Shown: positions 7,944 through 17,200 of the stretch, piece by piece
Position numbering within the stretch: position 1 is the first letter of the stretch
Layout: every line of letters begins with the position of its first letter
Source of the DNA: Candidatus Methanomethylophilaceae archaeon
GTDB taxonomy: Archaea; Thermoplasmatota; Thermoplasmata; Methanomassiliicoccales; Methanomethylophilaceae
Assembly: GCA_944321505.1 (NCBI GenBank)
Contig: CALULN010000027.1
Location: 10,672 to 74,671, forward strand
Length of the DNA: 64,000 bases
Direction of reading: 5' to 3'
Translations under genes and position numbers: made by a program
The notes under the pieces: generated by a model
The model's input: only the letters and a program-made list of their open reading frames with translations
The model's database searches: none
Told to the model about the DNA's origin: nothing

Positions 7944-8330
7944 TTAACCCATCTTCTCCATCGAATCGATGACATGACGGATGATCGATTCGGATGCATC
8001 CACTCCTGTGCAGGCCAGAGTGTTCTCCCTGTGGGCATTGGAGTTCATCTCGCAAACAAACAGGCCATTGCCACACCCGCTGGCATGTGAGTGAGGCCCG
8101 AAAGAGGGGCGTGGTCATGGCCGTCGTCGCACGCTGCGCTGGATCCGGACGGAGCCGCTCATCCACGTCCGTTGCTTTTCAATCGCGGTCTGATCGATAA
8201 TCGCCTTCAAAGTGGAATCGCCGGCAAGGTTCTGAATGAGATTCGCAGACCTGAGTCCGCACGTGGAGACAATGCATATGCCGGTGAGCTGCCACAGGAA
8301 AACCCGGCAGCCTGCATCATCATACTGCAA
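7944..8330 (-). pseudogene. 3' relic of a RimK-type ATP-grasp ligase (paralog of 18407..19303)
   Basis: Minus-strand fragments in two or more frames match the intact gene. GLFVCEMNSNAHRENTLACTGVDASESIIRHVIDSMEKMG* aligns with GPLVCEVNANAHTENIELCTGIDVSRLVIEHIIMRVGRA. LRSAN...TAIEKQ aligns with FRSNV...TEKEAA. Confidence 0.6.
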
Positions 8331-8648
8331 TTAGGCATTCGATCCGCTGATTCAATAATCTGAGAAGTCCGCAGCACATGATGTGCCGGATGCGACAGTA
8401 GAACGGAATCATCCCCTGCAACCTACATCAGCATTCCGAGACGTCCGTTCTTCCCACCGATTCGATGCGCCGGTAATATGCCAACGCTTCACGATGTGCA
8501 TCGACCATGTGGGAAAGAACATCACATTCCGCATTGCTGCAGATCGTCCGGCGATTCAAACGTTCGGCTTCCGATCCGCGGGTCGCAATTGGATCGGCGG
8601 GTGGAAAAAGAAATGGGGGGGGGGAATCCCCCTTAGATTCAATCGGTT

Positions 8649-8985
8649 TTGGTACGGAACAGCAGCATGCCGAAGTATGCCAGCATGATGCCCGCAGCCA
8701 CACCGGCACCGCAGAAGATGGCTATGATCGCCAGATCAGTACCGCTTTCGCCAGGGGTTGACGTATCGGACGACGAGCTTGCGGATGCGTCTTCTGTGGC
8801 CGGGGAAAGGTGCGAATGCCTCAGGTGCGGCAAAGCCTGGATGAGCAGGGAAGGCGTGCCCTTGAGATGCCCGAAATGCAGCACCCGATATTGAAACGGG
8901 CCGCCGAAGAACTTCACCTGTCTTAAATGCGGACATCAGCGGTTTCAGAATCCTCGAGTACCCGAACATGTGCCCTTCCTTACCG
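8649..8985 (+). pseudogene. Decayed paralog of the two-zinc-ribbon gene 5397..5825
   Basis: CECLRCGKAWMSREGVPLRCPKCSTRY*NGPPKNFTCLKCGHQ aligns with CECLRCGKVWKSKKKVPTRCPKCGTKYWNTPVKEFSCRRCGHS. TGA 8892-8894 replaces the Trp codon. After a frameshift, EYPNMCPSLP aligns with DYPNICPCCK, and cysteines are lost. Confidence 0.55.
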
Positions 8986-9081
8986 AGAACAAGGCATTTT
9001 CATCTATTATCGTAAGATAGGTAAACAAGCATCCAACACTACTTAGTCTTTTATCAGAAACTCTAGTTGGACATATCATCC

Positions 9082-10464
9082 ATGAACGCCGTGTCGGTGA
9101 AACTCACGGTATCAGCCGTTGTCCTGGTGCTTGTCACGGCTTCGCTGCCGTTCCTGTCGTTCTCCGCCCCTCCTGTTCAACAGAAAGAGGGTGTGATGAT
9201 AGACTACGGCTCCTACAGCGTCGACTGGGTGGAGACCTCCTTCGATGACGGTATGACAGGCGTCGAGGCTCTGGAAGCAGCCTGCGGCATAGAGGGCTAC
9301 GGGTTGGAGAAGGACTCCGCCGGGAACATCGTCTCCGTCAACGGAAAGGCGAACCTTATCGGTATGACCTGGGGGATGTACGTCCTCCGGGATTCCGTGT
9401 GGACTGCGGTCGACAATCCTTCCTCTTTCACTCTGGAGAACGAGACCATCATCTCCTGGGCCAGAGTGTCCTCCGAGGACGGCATCATGCCCGGCACCGA
9501 CGCCACCGGCAACATGTACTACTCCTACGGATCCGAAGGACTCAACCGCAATGGCGAGAGGCTGCGCATCGCAACGCTGTCGCCGTCGGTGACGGAGACG
9601 CTGGCTGCGGTGGGATGCGCCGAGTACATAATCGCCACCGATATGTACTCCGACTATCCGGAGAGCATCGTCGAAGGCCAGACAGACGGAAGCATCCAAC
9701 TGGTCGGCGGATACACCGACCCCAGCTTCGATCTCATCATATCCGCTGCTCCGGACATCGTTTTTCTTGATGGAGGGGTTGGCGATCACCTGACGGTGGC
9801 GAAGAAGCTCCGCAAAGCCGGGATCGACTGCGTCGTCCTCTACGACATAGAGAACGTGTACGACGTGCTCTGGAACATCTGGATAGCTGCCTCGGCTATG
9901 GGCTTCTCCGAGAGAGGATGCGATGCCATAGAAGGAACCAGGGAGACCATTTCCACCGTCGCCGGGATCGCGGATCTCAGCGGGAAGAAAGTCTTCGTGA
10001 GTCTGGGCACCGGGTCCACGCCCTACACAACAGGGAGCGGGACCTACATGGACAGCATGCTGGAGATCCTCGGAGCGGACAACATCTTCGGGGACAGCTA
10101 CGACTGGTTCATGGTAGACAGGGAGCAGGTGTACACAAGGCAGCCGGACATCATCATAATCATCCTGGATTCGGAGACGCCTGTCGATTCCAGATCCAAA
10201 TACCAGCAGGTTGTGAGCGGCATCGACGACCTGTGGAAGAGGACACCTGCGTACGAGAACAGCGCCGTGTACGTCTTCTCGGAGGACGCCGCCGATCTGC
10301 TCTCCCGTCCCGGTCCGAGGATGTCGTCGGCGATGGAGCTCCTGGCCAAGGTGATGGACAGTGAGTCGTTCATCGAGAAGGACCCTTGGGACCGGGTCTT
10401 ACCCTACTATTCGGACGATTACCGCGACCGCCTCACATATCAGAGGGAGGGCACGTTCCTATGA
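9082..10464 (+). CDS. ABC substrate-binding protein: DUF4430/transcobalamin-like module fused to a BtuF/FhuD-type (cluster A) binding domain
   Basis: TM/signal, then GVMIDYGSYSVDWVETSFDDGMTGVEALEAACG...IVSVNGKANLIGMTWGMYV (DUF4430-like), then RIATLSPSVTETLAAVGCAEYIIATDMYSDYPE (BtuF-like). The track start 9067 is TTG; the first ATG is at 9082. Confidence 0.8.
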   Translation: MNAVSVKLTVSAVVLVLVTASLPFLSFSAPPVQQKEGVMIDYGSYSVDWVETSFDDGMTGVEALEAACGIEGYGLEKDSAGNIVSVNGKANLIGMTWGMYVLRDSVWTAVDNPSSFTLENETIISWARVSSEDGIMPGTDATGNMYYSYGSEGLNRNGERLRIATLSPSVTETLAAVGCAEYIIATDMYSDYPESIVEGQTDGSIQLVGGYTDPSFDLIISAAPDIVFLDGGVGDHLTVAKKLRKAGIDCVVLYDIENVYDVLWNIWIAASAMGFSERGCDAIEGTRETISTVAGIADLSGKKVFVSLGTGSTPYTTGSGTYMDSMLEILGADNIFGDSYDWFMVDREQVYTRQPDIIIIILDSETPVDSRSKYQQVVSGIDDLWKRTPAYENSAVYVFSEDAADLLSRPGPRMSSAMELLAKVMDSESFIEKDPWDRVLPYYSDDYRDRLTYQREGTFL

Positions 10465-12344
10465 AGGCAGCCGTCATGGCAGTGGCGGCGCTGCTGCTAA
10501 TCATCGCCATCCCCGGATTCTCCGCTGCCGAAGATGGAGAAGCTGAGGAACCGTCGATCCTCCTGGATACCGGCGACGGATGGGATGCGTGGTATGACAT
10601 CGTCCCGGGATCAACTCTGCTGGAGACGGTTGTCGCTTCCCTGGAGAAATCGGGACATACCGTCGAGACCTCCGGAGACACTGTCGTCTCCATCGACGGG
10701 CTCTCGGGCACGGCATTCGGAACCTCCCAATCCGCATGGTACGCATACGGATGGTCCGGGGACTCATGGGATGCGGGCAGGACGGACATGTCCGAAAGGT
10801 ACACCGGAGGGAGCATCGCCGTGATGCTGACCGCCTCCGGCACCATCAAAACCTCCGCCACTCCGCTGTACCCCGACACTTGGACCTCATACAGGGGATC
10901 GCAGACCTCCCCCGGCATATCAGGCTCCCACGGACCCGGGGAAGCGGCGCTTCCCGTGGAATGGTACGCCACATACACCACGGGCAATGTGGACTCCTCT
11001 CTCCTGTACTCCGACGGATTCGTATATCACACGACAACCGGCAACACATCCTCCTACGGGAACGATTCGTTCCCTCACTTATACTGCATAAGCTCCGAGA
11101 ACGGATCCATCGTATGGAGCCAGAGGCTTGATTCGGATCCGGAAGCGGTGACGCTGGCATCTCCCGTCATCATGGGCGACTGGCTGATCATCGGTTCATG
11201 CACGGGGCATGTGTACCTGTTCGACCGTTTCAGCGGAGACGTGCTAAGAGAACTCGTGCCCGACGGCGACGAGCCTTTCCTTGCGGACATAAGCCTCACA
11301 GACACCTACGAGCTCGACGGCCTCGAAGGCATGGGCGGCCAGGTGGTGAGAGGAGGAATCACCAACATCGCCGTCTATTCCGGTGCGCTGTTCTTCGGGA
11401 CCGACGACGGCACCCTGAGATGCTACACCGTAGACCCTTACGCAGGATTCGATGAGGTATGGAGGTTCTGTCCCGAGGAGAAGGGGACCATGTACTTCCA
11501 CCCACCCGCAGTGACCAAGGTGGGGGACCGCACCGTGGTCCTGATGGGAAGCTATGCGGGGATGCTGCACTGCGTGGATGCCGTGGACGGCTCCCTGATA
11601 TGGTCCGTTCCTGCGATAGACCTGACTCCCGAGGGGGGCAGGTACCCCGGATCCGTGTCATCTGTGGTTCCTGTCGGAAACGAAACCGCCCTGGTGACAT
11701 GCAAAGACGGGGAGATGTCGCCTTTCACGGGAACGCTCTCGCTGATAGATCTGAAGGATGGGAGCAGGATATGGAGCATTGACGCCATATCCACAGCACC
11801 GACCTGCATCGAAGGGATCGTCTACGTGTACCTGTCCCCGTCGTCGGCAGGGAGCGGGAAGATAACGGCGGAGGACGGCTCCGAGATGGAGCTGGACTAC
11901 GGATACTACGCCCTCTGGGCCGACTCCGGTGAGGTGATCTGGTATCATGCCAGCTCCGCAACGGTGAGCGGGAGCGCGGGCATCACCTTCGCCGACGGCA
12001 GGCTGTACTCCACCGATTACTCCTCCGGCATGCAGTGGCCCTATGGAGGCGGAGTCACCTGCCTGGACGCCGATACCGGCAACCAGGTATGGAGGGTCCA
12101 GCTGGAGCCGTACTCCAGGAGCTCGTACTCCATGGTGTCGCCGACGGTGGTCGACGGCATGGTGCTGGTAGCCAACGACTACGGTGCCGTATACTGCATC
12201 TCGGACACCCCCGGAGTGATCAGGGAGGTCACAGGGGACATCCGCTACGAGATCACGGGCATCTTCGACTGGTCATGGATCATGCTGATGGCCGCCACGG
12301 CATGCGTCATTCTGATGGCGGCGAGATTCTACAGAGGTGTTTGA
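10461..12344 (+). CDS. Surface protein: signal peptide, DUF4430-like module, PQQ/BamB-like beta-propeller repeats, C-terminal TM anchor
   Basis: MKAAVMAVAALLLIIAIPGFSAA signal. DUF4430-like GSTLLETVVASLEKSGHTVETSGDTVVSIDGLSG...AWYAYGWSGDSW. Blade motifs GSIVWSQRL, GSLIWSVPA, GSRIWSIDA, GEVIWYHAS, GNQVWRVQL. ATGA overlap with the upstream gene. Confidence 0.7.
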   Translation: MKAAVMAVAALLLIIAIPGFSAAEDGEAEEPSILLDTGDGWDAWYDIVPGSTLLETVVASLEKSGHTVETSGDTVVSIDGLSGTAFGTSQSAWYAYGWSGDSWDAGRTDMSERYTGGSIAVMLTASGTIKTSATPLYPDTWTSYRGSQTSPGISGSHGPGEAALPVEWYATYTTGNVDSSLLYSDGFVYHTTTGNTSSYGNDSFPHLYCISSENGSIVWSQRLDSDPEAVTLASPVIMGDWLIIGSCTGHVYLFDRFSGDVLRELVPDGDEPFLADISLTDTYELDGLEGMGGQVVRGGITNIAVYSGALFFGTDDGTLRCYTVDPYAGFDEVWRFCPEEKGTMYFHPPAVTKVGDRTVVLMGSYAGMLHCVDAVDGSLIWSVPAIDLTPEGGRYPGSVSSVVPVGNETALVTCKDGEMSPFTGTLSLIDLKDGSRIWSIDAISTAPTCIEGIVYVYLSPSSAGSGKITAEDGSEMELDYGYYALWADSGEVIWYHASSATVSGSAGITFADGRLYSTDYSSGMQWPYGGGVTCLDADTGNQVWRVQLEPYSRSSYSMVSPTVVDGMVLVANDYGAVYCISDTPGVIREVTGDIRYEITGIFDWSWIMLMAATACVILMAARFYRGV

Positions 12345-13461
12345 TACGGGGAAGACGGCAGAGGCTCTGAGGAAAGGTTTCAGAGGGATGCGCAAAGACA
12401 TGGAGGACACCGGCGGGGACATCCCGCTGAAGAAGCGGAGGTTCCGCATAGTCATGTCCGTGGGGCTGTTCCTCTGCGTCGTGATGTTCCTCATCTCGAT
12501 AGCGGCGACGCCCAGCGGGCTGCTGGGAGTGGACGATGCTCTGAGGGCGCTGGTATCCGCCATCGAGAAGGGCGGGGTGAACCTCACGGAAATCGAGAGC
12601 AGAGTATATATCGGAAGCCTGCCCCGGACGATAGCCGCCGTGGGGGTGGGTGCCGGGCTGGCGGTTGCCGGATGCATCTTCCAGGCGCTCATCAGGAACC
12701 CGATGGTGGACCCGTACATCACCGGAGTGTCCTCAGGAGCCGGATGCGCCGCCATCGGAGTCATGGCATTGGGCGCCACCATACCCTTCCTGGACGCCAA
12801 CAGCATGTTTATCGTCCCCCTAGCCGCAATCCTCGGCGGTCTCGCCGCCTTCGGCATCACCGTTGCCGTCGCCGAAGGCGCCGGAGGGTCCGCCACCAAT
12901 TACATCCTGGCGGGAGTCATCGTCGGATTCGCCTTCACCGCGTTCCAGACCATCTTCCTCTCGCTTTCGAAAGACAACCTGACCGACGCAATGGGATGGC
13001 TGTACGGATCGTTCTACGGCATAGACTGGGAGACCACGTTCCTGGTTCTGGTGCCCGCTCTGGGCATATCCGCTGTGTCTATGGTCTGGGCCAGGGAGTT
13101 CAACCTGTTCATGGCCGGAGAGGAGCAGGCCGAGCAGCTGGGTCTCAACGTCAGGAGGTTCAAGAGGTTCATGATGGTTGTCGCGTCCGTGCTGACCGCC
13201 ATCTGCGTCGCATTCGTGGGGGTCATCGGATTCGTCGGCCTCGTCATACCGCATGCATGCAGGATGATGCTCGGAGGGGACCATCGCCTCATCATGCCCG
13301 CATCCCTTGTCCTGGGGGCGTGCCTGATGATGCTGTCCGATCTGCTGGCCCATCTTGTCTTCTCGCCGACGGAGCTTCCCGTGGGAGCCATCACCGCTCT
13401 GATCGGCACACCGGTGTTCGCCTACATGCTGATGAGGAGGGGTCGCGGATATGACGCCTGA
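12337..13461 (+). CDS. FecCD/BtuC-family ABC transporter permease
   Basis: Multi-TM protein whose C-terminal part (ELPVGAITALIGTPVFAYMLMRR) is typical of FecCD/BtuC permeases. GTG start overlaps the upstream stop; the start is uncertain. Confidence 0.85.
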   Translation: MFDTGKTAEALRKGFRGMRKDMEDTGGDIPLKKRRFRIVMSVGLFLCVVMFLISIAATPSGLLGVDDALRALVSAIEKGGVNLTEIESRVYIGSLPRTIAAVGVGAGLAVAGCIFQALIRNPMVDPYITGVSSGAGCAAIGVMALGATIPFLDANSMFIVPLAAILGGLAAFGITVAVAEGAGGSATNYILAGVIVGFAFTAFQTIFLSLSKDNLTDAMGWLYGSFYGIDWETTFLVLVPALGISAVSMVWAREFNLFMAGEEQAEQLGLNVRRFKRFMMVVASVLTAICVAFVGVIGFVGLVIPHACRMMLGGDHRLIMPASLVLGACLMMLSDLLAHLVFSPTELPVGAITALIGTPVFAYMLMRRGRGYDA

Positions 13462-14263
13462 CTGCCCCTCCGGGAATCTGCTGGATGTCAGGGACCTATG
13501 CATTACCTTCGGGGACAGGCAGGCCCTGAAGGGCGTCAGCGTATCCGTCAGGCACGGCTCGATGGTGGGGCTGATCGGTCCCAACGGATGCGGGAAGTCC
13601 ACCATGATGAAGTGCATCTCCGGGATCCACAAGAACTGGACCGGTGACATCAGCATCGACGGCACTGACACCCGCACCCTCAGGCCCTCCGAGATGGCCC
13701 GCACCGTGGCCACCGTTCCCGCAGAAGCCGGGCAGACATTCGGAATGACTGTCGCCGAGATGGTCATGCTGGGAAGATACCCCTATGTGGACACTCTCTG
13801 GTGGGAGAAGCCGGAGGATGAGAGGGCCGTCCTGAACGCTCTGGAGACCTTCGGCCTCTCCGCTCTCCGCAGAAGCAGGGTCTCGCTCCTCTCATCCGGA
13901 GAGAGGCAGAGGGTGCTCATCGCTAAAGCGTATGTCCAGAAGCCGAAGCTCATGCTGGTCGACGAGCCCACATCGCATCTGGACATGCGTTACAAGCTGG
14001 AGGTCATGGAGTACCTCCGCTCAATGGCCGGTACCGGCATGACCGTCATGGTAGCCGAGCACGACATATCGCTGATGGCGAGGTACTGCGACAGCTGCAT
14101 CATCATGAAGCAAGGAGAGGTCATCGCCACCGGCCGTCCGGCGGAGGTGATTGACGAGGACCTCGTCCGCAGAGTGTACGGTGTGGAGTCCCGCATCGGA
14201 CTGGATGCCGACGGGGAGGTGTATGTGCTCCCGAAGAGGAGCGTGAAGGAGGCAACGTTATGA
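13451..14263 (+). CDS. ABC transporter ATP-binding protein (BtuD/FepC-like)
   Basis: Walker A GPNGCGKST, signature LSSGERQR, Walker B LMLVDEPTSHLD. It overlaps the genes on both sides. Confidence 0.9.
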   Translation: MTPDCPSGNLLDVRDLCITFGDRQALKGVSVSVRHGSMVGLIGPNGCGKSTMMKCISGIHKNWTGDISIDGTDTRTLRPSEMARTVATVPAEAGQTFGMTVAEMVMLGRYPYVDTLWWEKPEDERAVLNALETFGLSALRRSRVSLLSSGERQRVLIAKAYVQKPKLMLVDEPTSHLDMRYKLEVMEYLRSMAGTGMTVMVAEHDISLMARYCDSCIIMKQGEVIATGRPAEVIDEDLVRRVYGVESRIGLDADGEVYVLPKRSVKEATL

Positions 14264-17200
14264 AGAGGATTGCAGCGGCGGTCGTTCTCGCGGCAGTGTT
14301 CGCTTCCGTCGCATTGGGCTTCGTGGCCATCTCCGAAGAAAGCGACGGCGCTTCTGGGACAGAGATAAGGCTCTTCGTGGAGAACGCGGACGGAACATAT
14401 GCGGAGACCGTCGTCGATTCGGCAGGCAGCGTCAAGGATGTTATCGACCGCGGCCTGGAGAATCTGGGCATGAGCATCGCCTACGACAGCTCGGGAAGGA
14501 TAGAATCGGTAAACGGGGTCCGCACTTCCAACGGAGAAACGTGGAACATCCATCAGTACATGCCGTTGGGCAACCCCGGCTGGGCCACCGTGGGATTCGA
14601 ATCCAGATACGACTCCATGCTGATCTCCGGCACCACATACTGCCTGCACACGTCCTCCAGATTGGTGGAGAGCGGCAGCAACCTGTATGAGAGCCCCGAG
14701 TTCAAACCCGAATCCGACGGGTACGTGTACATAAGATTCGTCTACGGATACGACGACCCAGGCAACCCGGAGGTGTCCAAGGCATTCACCCCGGAGATCA
14801 GGAAGAACGGATTCTGGCTCAAGGGAACCGGGACCAACATGGGAGAGGTCCTGGTCGATGCGATGGAATCCAACGGGTTCGAGGTGCAGACGATATCGGG
14901 AGAGTCAGGTGGCAACGATCTCAAATTCTGGATCACGTCGCTGTTCGGCATCGAAGGGGACACCAGCGTCGGCGATAACGCCTGGGCGTACTGGTCGCAG
15001 TATGCGTACGTGAACAACGAATGGGGCTACAACGATTTCACCCTGGGATACTACGACCCCGGCGTCTACAAGTACATCGCCGTGGTGTACATCATCTCGG
15101 TAGATATGGGGATTGATACCGGAGGGCCGCTTCCCGATGTGAGGAACATCGAGATACTGGAGAGCACCCCGGATGTCACGTTCAGAGATGCCGATGGCGG
15201 CGTCCTGGGCACCGTCGAAGTCCAATACGGCGCTCAGGTGGACGCTTCCTCGATTCCCGACCCACCCGTGAAAGAGGGCATGGAATTCGCCGGATGGGCA
15301 TCCGGGAATGGCGACGTGTCCATTCAGATAACCGAGGACACCGTGTTCAACGCGACATACGTGCAGACAGGCAGTGGCAAGCACACCGTGAGCTACTATC
15401 TGAACGAAGCCCACACGATCCTGCTGCACAGAGAGCTCGTCGAGAGCGGCGGCAAAGCCGCCTATTCCGCCGAACCGTACATGATGTCTACCAGAGAGAG
15501 CGAGTACACCTTCACAGGGTGGAGCGCGGACCTGTCTTCGGTCACGCAGGACATCGGGGTCCACGCTGTGTTCGGGGAATCCCCGCACAGATACCCTGTC
15601 ACATTCATCGGATACGACGGAACCGTCATCGACGAGGTGATGGTCGACTACGGCTCAGGAGTCGGATCTGTGCCGACGGCACCGGAACGCAGTCCCGACG
15701 TGGACAGCGTCTACACCTTCAAGGGGTGGAGCAGCACCCTTGCGGGATACGCCCCTGTGGACCTCGACACGATCGAAGGGAGCACGGTCGTCTACGCATA
15801 CTATGAGAAGTCTGTCAGGCAATACACCGTGACGGTGTACTACGAGGGTTCGGTCCTCAAAGAGATCTCCACCCCCTACGGCAGAGGACTCGGAGACGCG
15901 TGCTACACCACCCTGTTCGACGACGGCTTCGCCAAACTGTATTCCGACGAGGATCTGAAGACACCTTTCCCCTCGACCAGGGGGATCTACGGAGACAGAA
16001 CGCTCTATGCCGAGAAGATACCGGGAGAATATAGCGTGAACACGGACAGCGGAGGGAATATGACGGGCAACAATGTGACGATTGTCCATGATGCGGCCTC
16101 TGCCTCCAAGCTTCCCGAAGTGGATGGCATAATCATTGCCGCCGATCTCTCCCAGCTCCCCTCGAGATACGCCGTATTCTCCGCAGAGACCGTTAGAGCA
16201 CTGGATAGCGCATTGGGAGAGTATGCACTCGTGGGGATCCTCACCAGCAAGGGACTCGTCGCCATGAAGGCAGGGGACATGCTTCAGCTCTGCGAATCCA
16301 ACGACGGCGCGAACCTGACATTCAGGCTGATGAACCCGTCCAACAATGCCGCAACGAACAATGCCCTGAACGGGTTGAACTACACAGACAGGATCAAAGC
16401 CGAGGTCCTTGCCGGCACCGAATCGGTGGACCTGGCATCCGAAGGGATCCTGGTGGTGGTCGGCATCAGAGCGTCCCTTGGTGAAGGACAGACATCCGAC
16501 GATGCCGCCGCATGGAGCATAAGCACCCGCGGAGCGGTCACATCCCTCAAGGCCTGGAATGCGGGAGGGATGACCTACTGCGAGACGGATGCTCCGCTTT
16601 TCCTGGCCTTCGGCTGGACCGAGTCAGCAGCCGAAACCGATGAGCAGCTCCCTGATGTCCCCTACGGAGATGTCGGCTATTCCAAAGGAGGCTCCGGAAC
16701 CGAGGACGATCCGTACCGTTCCACCTTGGAGAGGATGACTCTGGACTCCCACAGATCCGTGATGTGGGTCCCTTCCGCATTGGAGGGACACCCCGTCACG
16801 AGCATAGCCGACCAGGCGTTCACCGACCTCAAGGGAGTGCACCACCTCGTCATCCCGGACACCGTCGTATCGTTCTCCCTGTCTTCGCTGCTGGGATCCT
16901 CCGTCTCCGACGTGTACTTCCTGGGCGACAAGCCCGAATTCACGGGCACCCTGCCAGACGGCATCACGATTCACCGGGCTTCCGATACGGAGGGATGGGG
17001 CGGATACGACGCAGTGACGCTGGAGATCGGCACATACTCAATCAAAGGCATGTCGTTCGAATACTACGTGGTGGACGGGAACGCCGTACTCCATAGATTC
17101 CTGACAGGCACTGACGCCGCTCTGCCCGCCACCGTCACCACCGGCGGCACCGAGTATCCGCTGACGATCATCGGCGACTCCGCATTCAGGGACAGCGAGA

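Noticed and set aside
6728-8038. 436-aa ORF on the minus strand (and 6685..7815 on the plus strand) overlapping the CNNM gene
   Set aside because: These are antisense or alternate-frame ORFs typical of GC-rich DNA. Their translations are G/D/V/H/R-rich with no motif, while the 6653..7918 frame gives a complete DUF21-CBS-CorC architecture.
8615-8624. G10 homopolymer followed by AATCCCCC
   Set aside because: It is a single tract in a decayed non-coding stretch, not associated with any intact ORF or promoter, so there is no basis to call phase variation or a G-quadruplex.
8639-8917. 92-aa minus-strand ORF ending in a TM-like segment (LAIIAIFCGAGVAAGIMLAYFGMLLF) that resembles a surface-protein anchor
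   Set aside because: It overlaps the zinc-ribbon relic, has no upstream domain or plausible start context, and lies in a region full of gene fragments. It may be another relic. I could not decide from sequence alone, so I did not call it.
8990-9081. Looked for a cobalamin riboswitch or B12 box upstream of the corrinoid-type ABC operon
   Set aside because: No B12-box-like consensus or extended conserved stem structure is visible, and such riboswitches are not expected in archaea. I found only an AT-rich promoter-like stretch and one CATCCAAC half-site.
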